Positions 13,620 to 25,000 of a stretch of DNA of 64,000 bases are shown here, piece after piece. The position numbers and the translations under genes were made by a program. The stretch is from Trichoplax adhaerens (taxonomy: Eukaryota > Animalia > Placozoa): the NCBI RefSeq assembly GCF_000150275.1, contig NW_002060965.1, positions 682,001-746,000 on the forward strand. Direction: 5' to 3'. The notes beneath the pieces are model-generated. The model was given only the letters and a program-made list of their open reading frames with translations. It was not told the origin of the DNA and made no database searches. Each line of letters begins with the position of its first letter. Positions within the stretch are counted from its first letter, which is position 1.

Positions 13620-14764
13620 AATCACATGAAACTTGCTAATTTCTTGGTTACTCTATGGAATAATATTGGGTTGGCGTAGCAAACTGATTGAAAAATTGAG
13701 TGGTAGAATAAGCCGTTAAGAAGGAAAACTTCCTTTTCTGAAAGGTGAAGGCGCCGGCGCAGTTGATGTCGTCAGTACAGTACAGTACAGTACTGTACAA
13801 CGATCACACAGTGCAGTACCAGTACAGTACCATACAATGTGAAGTACTGTAGTTTACAGTGTAAGGTAGTGTACTGTACTGTACGATGGTACAGTACAAT
13901 GTCAATCCCTGTGGTCAACCCCCCCCCAATGGTGTTGAATGTACTCCTAATCTCCTACTCACTTTAAGAAGGAGCTTATTGGAATGTGAGGACATTTATT
14001 GTCAATAATGAACCTTACAAACACATTTACTAAACTGAACAGTGCCTGTAAGTATAAAACATGGTAGAACAGATAGTAATAATGCTGATCTTTATTTTGA
14101 CTCAAAAATCGGAAAAGAAAATAAAACGGTGACTGCAGTCGTCTGTAGTCCATGTGTTGAAATACACCCGGTGCTTCTTCATTCATAATGTAGAGTACAC
14201 TACTGTACTGTATACCGCACCTAGGTGGCGCGTATTCTAGTCCGTCAAAACGGCCGAATTTAGAATATCTGTTGGACGTTGCGTAAATTCGTCTTGCACC
14301 AGTACTAAAAGTGCGTAAATTGACAAAATTTTTAAATATTTAATGATAGAAATTATCGGTGTGTAATAGTCAACATCTCAGTTGAGAGGGGGCAAGCAAT
14401 GATCAAACAACCTTTGCTATACAATACTCGTATGGTCTACTGTACTGTACTTGCACAAAGGTAAAGCGGCTCCATACATTTACCCCTACTGTACTGTATA
14501 CTCAGAGTATAGTATACTGTATTATTTTTAGGTTCTCCTGTAGACAGTATAGCCGTTTCTGCAGTGGCCATGAATTAATAAACTAAATTCTAAATTGAAA
14601 GTTAATGGTAGCAGTAAATCTCGAAAGCATAATAGCTGACTTTACCCGAAAAATGATACTTGTAGCCAAGTTGTAGCTACAGTATAGTAACAATATCTAT
14701 TACTGAATGGTAGCCTTGTACTGTACAGTACTTCTAAATCGCCCTACTGTATTATTAGGATATC
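13620..14764. promoter_or_regulatory. Divergent REEP/THG1L intergenic region with CAGTA/TACTG arrays, GCGCCGGCGC palindrome and C9 run
   Basis: Head-to-head start codons ~1.15 kb apart; CAGTACAGTACAGTACTGTAC at ~13773-13798 and further TACTG runs to ~14730. Confidence 0.55.
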
Positions 14765-16549
14765 ATGGCCAAGAGCAGATATGAATACGTCAAGCTATTC
14801 GAACAAGCTGATCAATGCTTGCGAAATTGCTGGATAGTTGTACGTCTTGATGGAAGATGCTTTCACAAGTAGGTCTGAAATCGATGCTACTCGACTGACA
14901 AGTACGAGCTTAGGCTTGCTACTACATATACAGGACACACTAAAAGGCTCTGTTATCTTGATTCTGACCCAGGTTCTCCTCCCAACACCGATTTAAGAAA
15001 CCCAATGATGATCGAGCTCTCAATTTAATGAATCACTGTGGAAAAGCGGTCATGAAAGAATTCCCCGATATTATCTTGGGTTATGGCCAAAGTGATGAGT
15101 TTAGGTTAAAGGCATGATTCAATCCGTTATGTACAAATATGACTCTACGTATTAACGAATGATATACTCGTAAACCTTGATTCATTTAATAGCTTCATTT
15201 TCAAGAAAAGTTGTAACTTATTTGGTCGCCGAGCAAGGTAACTCCAAAATAAATTGCAAAGTCTACATTGCGTCTGTAACTGTTATGCATCATTTAATTT
15301 GTCGCATCAGTGAATCAACAATATGCCATATCTAAATGGGAATTAGCTTAATCGATATCCCCCAAAATAATACGATGTACAGTATTGCAATAGCCATAAT
15401 ACAATAATTATTTATTGTTATTATTATTATTATTATGCATCACCAGTCTATTGAAATTGTTACTTGCACTCAGTAATTAGAATCGCGCCCTGCTATTACT
15501 AGATATCGTAAAGTGAAACGTAAATTATGTTCCTGCCACTTTACCACTCACATATCCTTCAACATTAGTGCCCAATTCTTGCTTACTTTCTATTGCTTTC
15601 CATCATTTTAGCAAATTAATGACAAATGTTACGTCTCTATTCTCATCATCCTACGTCTTTTATTGGAAGAATTATTTTAACGACATTTTGCAATATCCTC
15701 CAACTTTTGATGGACGAGTGGTATTGTATCCTTCCGATAAAAATCTTCGAGATTACTTAAGTTGGAGACAGGCAGATTGTTAGTTTTTCTTAGTCGTCCA
15801 TATCAATCCTTAAACATTAATACCATCTTAATCAATTTCAACCTCTCATCCTTTAGGCCATATTAACAATTTGTATAATACTTCCTTTTGGGCTCTTGTA
15901 CAACAAGGACAATATTCATTACCTGATGCTGAGAAAAAACTATGTGTACGCAATACAGTATTTACTCTACAGTCAACAACGAACGAAACGGATTTATAAA
16001 TTTATCCTGCTTAAAAATATTTAGGGAACGGATTCCGGCGATAAAAATGAACTATTATTTAGCCAATTTCAGATCAACTACGATAAAGAACCTGCAATAT
16101 TTAGGAAGGGGTCAATTTTATTATGGAAGGAGGTCAGTTAATATGATTCAGGACTATACATTACAACTATCTATGGCATTCTTTATCTGTAAATCATAAA
16201 ACACTAAATATACTATCAATACAATTTTCTTACGAGCTACATTCATTGTCCTGTATTTTATACTATTACGTATCGTCAGATCCGTATTACAGAGTTTAAC
16301 ATGATGTATCAAATTATATTACAAGATTTACAGTTAACCGAATGCAACAAATTTGCAACCTTAATATCGTTACTAACAATTTGCATAACATCTTAGATTG
16401 AAGAAAATATATTAAAGGAATGCAAAAGTAGCAATTCTGAAGATGCTGAGTATAAGAACGTTGTCCGCAAGAGAAAAGATGTAGTTGTAGAGCATGTAGA
16501 CATAATTGGCGATAATTTTTGGACTGGAAATTCTCAATTATTATCATAA
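14765..16549 (+). CDS. THG1L: tRNA(His) guanylyltransferase (Thg1), 7 exons
   Basis: [13 protein letters not shown]...[14 protein letters not shown]...[12 protein letters not shown]...YGQSDEFS/F...[36 protein letters not shown]...[10 protein letters not shown]; stop TAA 16547-16549. Confidence 0.97.
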
Positions 16550-16638
16550 TAAGTGCATTTGAACGTTTTGCATTAAAATAAAATAAAATATATGAATAGC
16601 AATCTTTTTACGGGTATGTCATTTATCATTCCTCGCAC

Positions 16639-18535
16639 TTAAGATATTGACAACTTATTTTGCAATCTTACTGATAAATCGATCAATTCTGAATAAAAGG
16701 AATTATCATCGTCTTCCGCTATCAATTTTTTCCACTTCTCTACAGAGTTTTTCAATTTTGTAGATACATTGTCTTTGTCAAATTCTTCTTTACAATACGC
16801 TACTACTGTATTCATAGCAACTAATACTCTCTCCGTTGCGTCATAATCTGTAGTTTGCAGCAATATTGGCATAAATTTACACCACTTGCGCTCAATTAAT
16901 TCGTCGAGTATTCTGCAATTAGAACAGTAAGATAATAAAAATTATGCTAAGTAGATGCCAATGACATAATCATTAGATCCTATACTAAATTTAGCTTCAC
17001 CTTCCAGTTATTGAGATGTTATCTTCAGCTTGATAGTTAGTATGCTATAGTAATACGTAAAAAATAATTAAAACAAACAAAGATATAAATAGACGCAGTA
17101 CAAATCATGAAATCTCATCCTGTAGACAACTTACATTCTCTTTTAAGAGATCAGATATGAGAGCAAGTGCTTTTATTCGGAGAACCTCAGTGCCACCCTC
17201 CAAAAATATTTTGGTTAACACTGTCATCCCACCCCGACGTAGAAATTCCATCTGTGCAGGAGGAAAATTTCTCAAAAGGGATGATAAAGCATAAAGCGAT
17301 CTGCGGCGTATAATGAATTCCTCCTTTGCATCTATGCCGTTAAAAATAATTGGTAAAATTCCAAGATCCAGCATAATTCTTTGCACATCAAGGTTACTGT
17401 ATGAAATGAGAAATATATGAGAAATTTAATTTTATTTAAAATTTTCAATTTGCATCAACAGTCCTATAACTACTATCTAGCGTCAATTTTCTTTTTAGCT
17501 TTTGAATGACTAGAGCAAGGGTTTGACAATTTTTAGACACAATAGATGAAATATTATGTTAAATGTTAAGGTACAGTTTGTGTTCGTATATACAAATTTG
17601 AATACTAATGAATTATTAGTTCATATGAAATACCTTTGAACAGCAGCTCCAATAATTTGAAAAGCAATGCTCTTTATATTTACATCAGTACCATTCAAAT
17701 CATGGAGAATTAACTGATATCCCTTCATGGTATGAAAATCTTTAGCATTGTCAATCTGATGAACCAGATATTCAATACTTTCTAAAGCGGTCATTCGGTC
17801 ATCCTTACTTGTACTTTTATCTTTGAGGGTGTCAATATTAGACTGTAAAACCTGAGCATCGGTTTTAATGTTTGCATGTAATTTGCCTAGATCATCTTTA
17901 ATCTCTTCGATAGATTTGTAGCTTGTTTTTACTCTTTCTCTATCTTCATCACTGATTACAAATGTCTATAGTAGAAATTAATGTTCATATTTGTATCAAT
18001 ACATGTAATAAAATAATCAAAAGCCATATCTTCAATTTGATTCAAAATGAATTATCTACGCCTAAGCTACATTGTACATGTCATCCAATTGTAGGGAATT
18101 ATCTTTTTTATCAAAAGCCTTTACCTCCCCCGCCTTATTGTCCTTTGGCATATTTTGTAAGAGTTGTTTTAGCTCTTTCTTCGTGTATGGAATGCCATTT
18201 TGAAAATTTGGCCCAGTTGTTTTCTCCTTTTCTTTGTTGGTACCATCTTCCATCAGTTTTGCCTCTTTCTTGCCTGTCGCTAAATTCATTCTAACATGTA
18301 GGCCAGCAGGGATAGCTTGACCTTCATACACAGTTTGCCATTCAGAAGTTGGTTGAAAAACATTCAGGTCGTCATAATCGATTTGGTTCAGTTTATCATG
18401 ACTAGTTGCAGTAGAATCCTTATTTTCAACTTCAGAGTCCACTATAGCTATGGCTTGATTACCATGTTGGTCGTTCCCATGGCAAGATAAGGAGCCTATT
18501 AAAAGTGCGTAAAAAGATAGCAGTAACCAACGCAT
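16639..18535 (-). CDS. SIL1: ER nucleotide exchange factor SIL1 (BiP NEF), ~5 exons
   Basis: Signal peptide [18 protein letters not shown]; SIL1 signature [35 protein letters not shown]; [14 protein letters not shown]; [18 protein letters not shown]. Confidence 0.94.
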
Positions 18536-19118
18536 AACAGTGTTGGGATTTTGAAGTATTTTGACCATTTTCCCACGGATAAGACGAAGCCAACTACCTC
18601 TATGCAAATATAATGGATCAATCGATACCAGCCACAGGTTAGAGAATGCACAATATAGAAGTTAACGGTATACTACTTTAGTTTAGATATGAATTTGCCG
18701 GCTATACTTTGCTCTTAATTAATAACAGCGAATTTTCAATCAATGCAGTACAATGTCGAACAGTTACGACACTTCTGGGCGAACAGTACCAGGCTTTAAC
18801 CAATCCAACTGTAAGATCACTATGTAATATTAACAGGTGGGAAATAAATTGCAGGATGCAGTCAGTAGCTACTTACTCGGTGCTTAAAGTTTGGAGGAGT
18901 CCACTTTCGCCACTTGATAATAACAAGATGAATTTGGTAACGTTTCCAATGCTTTCACTATTTATAGTCTCGCGTGAATGGTGTCAATTGCCTGTTTCCA
19001 GTGTTGCATCATAGTGTACTGTACAGTATTTCACTTACCCACTATACACAGTACAGTACCGTAAGCTTGACTTTGGTTACGTGGCGTATTTTCATTCATT
19101 AAAACTTGAAACACTGAC

Positions 19119-19147
19119 TACAGTACTTTCCAGTGGAAAGTACTGTA
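19119..19147. other. Perfect 29 bp palindrome (14-1-14) upstream of SIL1
   Basis: TACAGTACTTTCCA-G-TGGAAAGTACTGTA. Confidence 0.9.
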
Positions 19148-20363
19148 CACAATACTGTAGAAGAAGACCAGGACCGGATCGGATCGGGCCAGACCGGATC
19201 AGCTGACTTTTTCATTCATTCAATACTGTACTGTAGTAGAGACCCTCAGTATCTTCTTGTTTTCAATTTGGTTTTTGCAAGAAATTTTGTGCTGTTAACA
19301 CTTTAATTGTGCTCTTTAACTAATTATTCTATACTAAGTTTGGTTCATACGGTAGTGTTAGAACTAGACCGGATATAGTAGGAGTTACATATTAACGCTT
19401 TAAAATAAAAGCATGGAACGCTACTGATGCCAATGGTATAATTTGAAACTCCTTGACATACTGTAAATCTGTAATTCATCGAGGCTGTTGAAATTTTGGT
19501 AATATTAGTAGCAGCAGTTTATCAAGTTCTCGTCAATTCAACTTCTTAGAATTAAATTTATTTGAAACAGATTCCTTGCTTTTATACTATACCGAATACA
19601 GTATGTATTTAGAAGCCTTAACATTGAAGACGTTTCCGGTCAAAACAATGCAACATAAGTCGGCTATATCCTGTCCAATGTACACTATACACTGTAACAG
19701 GCTGCTCAATTGCAAATGTGCAATACACAGTACCGGTGCAGACACATCTCAGACCGTACAGACCAGACTGCAGACTACGTAGAGCTAGCTCAGTACAATT
19801 TCAGCGGTATTTTTGCATGTAGAACAAGGAAATGTTTGGGCCTAGTAACTATGATCGACACTCATAATATGGAGGCCATTAAGGAGCAGAATCCTTGGTC
19901 GGGCATATCAAAAAATGCCAAATTAAGGACCCTGTTAAGGAGTGTTCAAACTTCAAACTTTTTATTATCTCCTTGAAGTTATTGTCGATTCGTAGTCACC
20001 TACTGTTTTTCGACGGCAGACAACGAATAGACGAGCCAGCATCGAAAAGCGCTCTAGTTTTAGCCTCAACAGAATCAATCAGATTCTGCCGAGATAAACC
20101 TAGTCCAATCCTTGGATTATATTGAATATTTAATAGTACTCACACTTTGACAATACAGTATTAAATTATTCATTTTTCGTCTTTAAAAATTGACAAATTA
20201 AACCATACGGTAATTATCCAATATGAAGTCCGTGAATTGAGATTTGATCTTATTGACTAGATTCAGCATAAAGATAACTTACGATTGAGCGCACTTATAA
20301 ATTGCAATCCGTACCAAATATAAATGACTCACAGAACCATTATCGGCAACTCCATTTAATACA

Positions 20364-20640
20364 ATAATCCATAACAACAATCTGACGATAATGTATTAAT
20401 CGCTTTTCTTAGATAGATAGACACGAGGATATCGTTGTAAACATCAACTTCATAATATGCTAAACCTCGAATAGAACTGTTCGCATACGAGTACGTACAT
20501 TATGATAATCCATAACAACAATCTGACGATACTGGATTAATGGCTATTCTTAGATAGACAGGAGGATATTGTTATAAACATTAACTTCATAACATGCTAA
20601 ACCTCGAAAAGAACTGTTCGCATACCAGTATACACATTAT
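20364..20640. repeat. Imperfect tandem duplication, ~141 bp period, downstream of the GPCR stop
   Basis: ATAATCCATAACAACAATCTGACGATA...CTAAACCTCGAA.AGAACTGTTCGCATAC starts at 20364 and 20505. Confidence 0.9.
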
Positions 20641-20988
20641 ATACAGTAATATACAGTACTGTATACGAGCTAGGCGTACAATTAATTTAATTTTAATAAC
20701 ACAAATACAGTAATGTTTTACATTTTTAACACCTTCAACATATCATGTAGTACACATTGTACCATATAGCACACTGTAAACGAAGCCAATACAGTAGATT
20801 GGGTCGTACACAATATCTCGATTAATTTAAATTTGATGGCAATATTTAAGAAACTGTCAACCATGCATAGTATAAAGCACTTGTGATAGTACGCAAGTTA
20901 CACTTCCATCAATAAGTTTATACACGAAATTGATATGTGTTTTAAATTAATTAGCCAGCAGGTCAGTTTCCATGCCGCAATAGTACAC

Positions 20989-22062
20989 TTAAATATATCT
21001 CTCACGAACGCTACATCGCCTAATACGATCATCACTAGCATCATTAATACGTTTTGGCAAACGCGTAGCACGTTTCGATAATTCCTGTAGTTTCTTTTTA
21101 CTATCAGCAGTGAAATAGGCGTAAAGTAGCGGTATGATAGCAGGATAGAAAAACGCTATATAACGTGTTATTAATAACATATAATGCATAAAAGTGCTAA
21201 TACGGTCATGTCCAAGTTGTTTAATGACAAGATAGACTGTGATATAAGGCAAGAAGAAGATTACAAATGTAATAAGCAAAATACTGAATTGCCTGTAAGC
21301 TTTTTTCCGACGCCATGATTGCTTTTGTTTCATAATATCACCATTTCGATTAATAAATACTCCCTTAGTATGAAATTGAATAATCAGCGTAAGGTGGCAA
21401 TAAGTAAGCAATGAGACTATTAATGGCAGAGAAAACAAGGCCAAAAATAGGATAAAAACGTACACTTTCTCTTCCTGAGGACCATCATATTCTTGACACT
21501 TAGCATATAAAGCCGCTGTAGAAATTCTCTTAAATATCAGTACCACAGGCACAATACATACGGCTGACGATGCAATCCAAATTATAGAAATAAGAATGAT
21601 AACCCTTTTTTTCGTAACATATTTCTTATATGAAAAAGGATTTAATATCGAGAAGTAACGATCTAAACTGATCAAGCATAAATGAATACAAATAATGACT
21701 GCAAAAGCTTGACCAAGAGGTGATAATATCCTGCATAAAATTGGAACTTGATACCAAAAGGGGTTAGCTCGACGAGGCAATATATACATCATGCTATATA
21801 ATATTGATACAAAGCATGTACTATTTACAATTACTGTAGAATTTTTTTTATACCGTTCTTTCAATCCTACAACAATTAAATACGCAGAATTGGTTATAAT
21901 TATTGTCACACCTACGGTGCACCACAGCAACATCTCGGTAACATTAACCTTTGGAGACACAATATTTGAGGAATTATTACAATTTGGAGATAATCCTGAG
22001 TAGATGCAAGGATGAGCTGAAATATTCCTCATTTCCATTCCAGTTGTGTTGATTAATTTCAT
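20989..22062 (-). CDS. Intronless rhodopsin-family (class A) orphan GPCR, 357 aa
   Basis: Seven hydrophobic segments, N-terminal N-glycosylation sequons, TM3 Cys, HLCLISLDRYFSILNPFSY (DRY), TM4 W, TM5 LP..Y, TM6 FFLPY, TM7 IPLLY. Confidence 0.93.
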   Translation of the reverse strand: MKLINTTGMEMRNISAHPCIYSGLSPNCNNSSNIVSPKVNVTEMLLWCTVGVTIIITNSAYLIVVGLKERYKKNSTVIVNSTCFVSILYSMMYILPRRANPFWYQVPILCRILSPLGQAFAVIICIHLCLISLDRYFSILNPFSYKKYVTKKRVIILISIIWIASSAVCIVPVVLIFKRISTAALYAKCQEYDGPQEEKVYVFILFLALFSLPLIVSLLTYCHLTLIIQFHTKGVFINRNGDIMKQKQSWRRKKAYRQFSILLITFVIFFLPYITVYLVIKQLGHDRISTFMHYMLLITRYIAFFYPAIIPLLYAYFTADSKKKLQELSKRATRLPKRINDASDDRIRRCSVRERYI

Positions 22063-25000
22063 TTAACCAAGAAAGGTTTGCCAAGAAACAAATAAATACT
22101 ATCGCTCCTTATACTTAAAACACCGCATGAAATAACAACCGCTATCTTCACGCTTTTTTTTTATTTACAGTATTACTTCTCAAATTATAGAAGTAGGAAT
22201 TTTTCATAAACAAAGAATAAATACAGTAACAAAAAGCTAAACTGCCTCTTTGATCAACTTACGAATACTTTGAAATGACACTCATCTGTAACTTCAATTT
22301 CTTAAGCAGGAATAGTATAACGAAGTAGAAGAGAATATAGAATTATCACCACTATCTGGTCTATCAGCGAAAAAGCATTCAACTTTTCAGAGACTAACGG
22401 CACTGGCTTTCGATATGTTCAATTATCGAGTATTCTGTTTCATAAATAATGATAGCAATCAGAAGGATAACTTATAAACTATAAAGAAGTATTTCGAAAT
22501 CAACTTATCATCAACACTATGGTAACGGATTAATTAAAATTTAAGTTATGTCATTTAATATTAAAATAGACAGAATATAACCATGATGAAGCAGGAAAAT
22601 CTTATCTACGATATAAAATCAAATGAATATGGTCCATCGTTATCCAATAGCATTGTATTTAAACTGGAGTATACTTATAATCGATCTCTTAAAACCAATC
22701 AATTGCGAGAATTAAAAGATTAGATTTTAAATTATTCATTATCAGATATAATGTTACATTATCGTGAATGGTATTAAAGTTAGTAGCTATACAAGCATAG
22801 TTTATTAAGGCCATGATAAACTTTTTAGCATTAGCAGTACTCATTCTTGAATTGTAATAAATTAAAGCTGTTACCTTTAGGTGCGAAATATCGGCGTTTA
22901 AGTTTTGTTGGAGGGATTTTAAAACATGCATATTATCATAACCATGATAATAACACTAATAAATTTAATTCCTTAAGATAATAACATGCTCTTTGAAATT
23001 AATTATGTAATAGAATCGAAAGCTGTGAAAAGAAACCAGCTGAAGTCCTTAAATTTAATAGATACTATTCAAATTATTATGTAATTGAATAGCCAGTTGT
23101 AGCTGTAACAAATTTTATAAAAATGTTTCATTCACTACATCATCTAAGACAATAAATATGCCGTATTACCACTCCATTGAGAAAAATATCCTCGAACTTT
23201 ATCATGCCGTAATGGTATTATCTGTCAATTTTCCATAAGCTGATTGGCTTTATTTTATTACTCTTGGCATATTAATTAAAATTTGCAATAATCCCAGCTG
23301 TGAAGGGCATATTTACTAATATTTTAATTACATTTGTTCTTCTGTACAGACAATTTTGGCACTAATTTTACATTATTTACTTCTTAATTTAAAATATTAA
23401 TATTCGCAAACTCATTACAATAATGTAATTATGGGAAAGATATATTATGTTTTATTTTATAAATTATCAGCTGAATATGATAAATAATATATGTTAATAG
23501 ATTTAATAAAGAACCTGAATGGTTTTTACTAAATTTTAGCACAAACATTGCAGCAACTGTTAATTATTTAATCTCACTGAATAATATTGCATTTCATCTT
23601 TAATAGATCTAAATCTAGGATATCCTGTAATAGGTTAAAGCTTTTTTGCTCTACCAATATTAATACAGATATTAATAGAGGTTGATTGACACTAAAGCTA
23701 AATGCAAGACTAATGCATACTTTGAAATAAAATAAGGAAGTAAAGAGTAGTTTATTGTGTCTGGTTCTACATACTGGTTTCGATGCAATTTAAAGAATTT
23801 TAAAACCATAAATTATTACATGCAGTCTATAATGCTATCAGTCTGACGGTAAGAAGAATCTTAAAAAATTACATTCTAGTAAATTCTTATTACAAACGGC
23901 ATCAGAACGAGTTTCATCTATATATTCCTACTTAGATACAATTTACTTTTCAATCCTGTTCTGGGTCAGACATTCTAATCTCAATTATCAATTCTATACT
24001 TGAAATATTTTGTAATAATCTTTAAAGGTTTACATATAACTCAAGATGTATTTTGAGATATTCTTATCAACTTATATCTCTTTTATTTCTGAACTATCGA
24101 GTATTTATCAATTTCTCGACTTTAATTTATTTTTCATTTTGCATTTAATGTAGCCGGTATGTGAAATATTTTTATTTACATTTATCTTTTTAGAAACTCC
24201 TACGTTGCAATAATGCTGTGTTAGTGTCACTGCTATTTATTATATTTTATTTACCGATATGAATTGATTTCGAACCGAACCTTTGACACATCTATACGCG
24301 GTGGGTTGCGATTAAATAAACTATCACTGTTAGTTTACGAAATAAAGGTTATATAGGTCAGTAAACAATATATAATACAATATCAAGACGAAAGGAAGTT
24401 TGCACTATAACAAATAGTTTACACCTAGAAAAGTTATTTATAGCAAAAAAGAATGAAACCCATCCAACCCTTTTTCTTCTGTGTATCTATACGTTTTATT
24501 TACGCTGACATACCGTATATAACAATAAATTTTAATTTGTCTAATACTAATAAATTTTAGGAAAAACGCTCTAGTTAATTGAAGTAGATTACGATATAAT
24601 ACTATAATTGACTAATTTTAAGTAGCATAACGACCGATATTAATTACAACCCTTGCAACATAAACAGTGATATCAGCTACTGAAATGAACTAATCTTCAA
24701 AGTATACCCTACGTTTACTAAAAGTGTAAATTATCTAGGTACACTTCTTGTAATTTTGACAGTAATATAGTATAGAGTTACAATGCTTAGGGAATCGGTA
24801 AAAATAAATGATTAACTTAAAGATAAAACTTCTATGATATTCTTACATTTTAAAGCAAATTTTTATTAACTCTTGAAGAATCTCCAGAGTTGACGATGAC
24901 ATAGAAATCTATTCATATATTTGAATCGATGGTATCGGGTGCATTAAAGTAACTAATAAAAGTAAATAAAAGTATAATATGTGGTGTGACACACGCTATT

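Noticed and set aside
15552-15815. ATATCCTT and TCCTTAA words in THG1L introns
   Set aside because: They are not at exon boundaries; the introns are fully explained as GT-AG U2 type.
19780-19860. tRNA/SINE-like start GCTAGCTCAGT
   Set aside because: No B-box (GTTCRA) at the right spacing and no cloverleaf.
22689-24200. Possible decayed membrane-protein pseudogene on the minus strand
   Set aside because: Many stops and no recognisable motif; hydrophobic translation is expected from AT-rich DNA.
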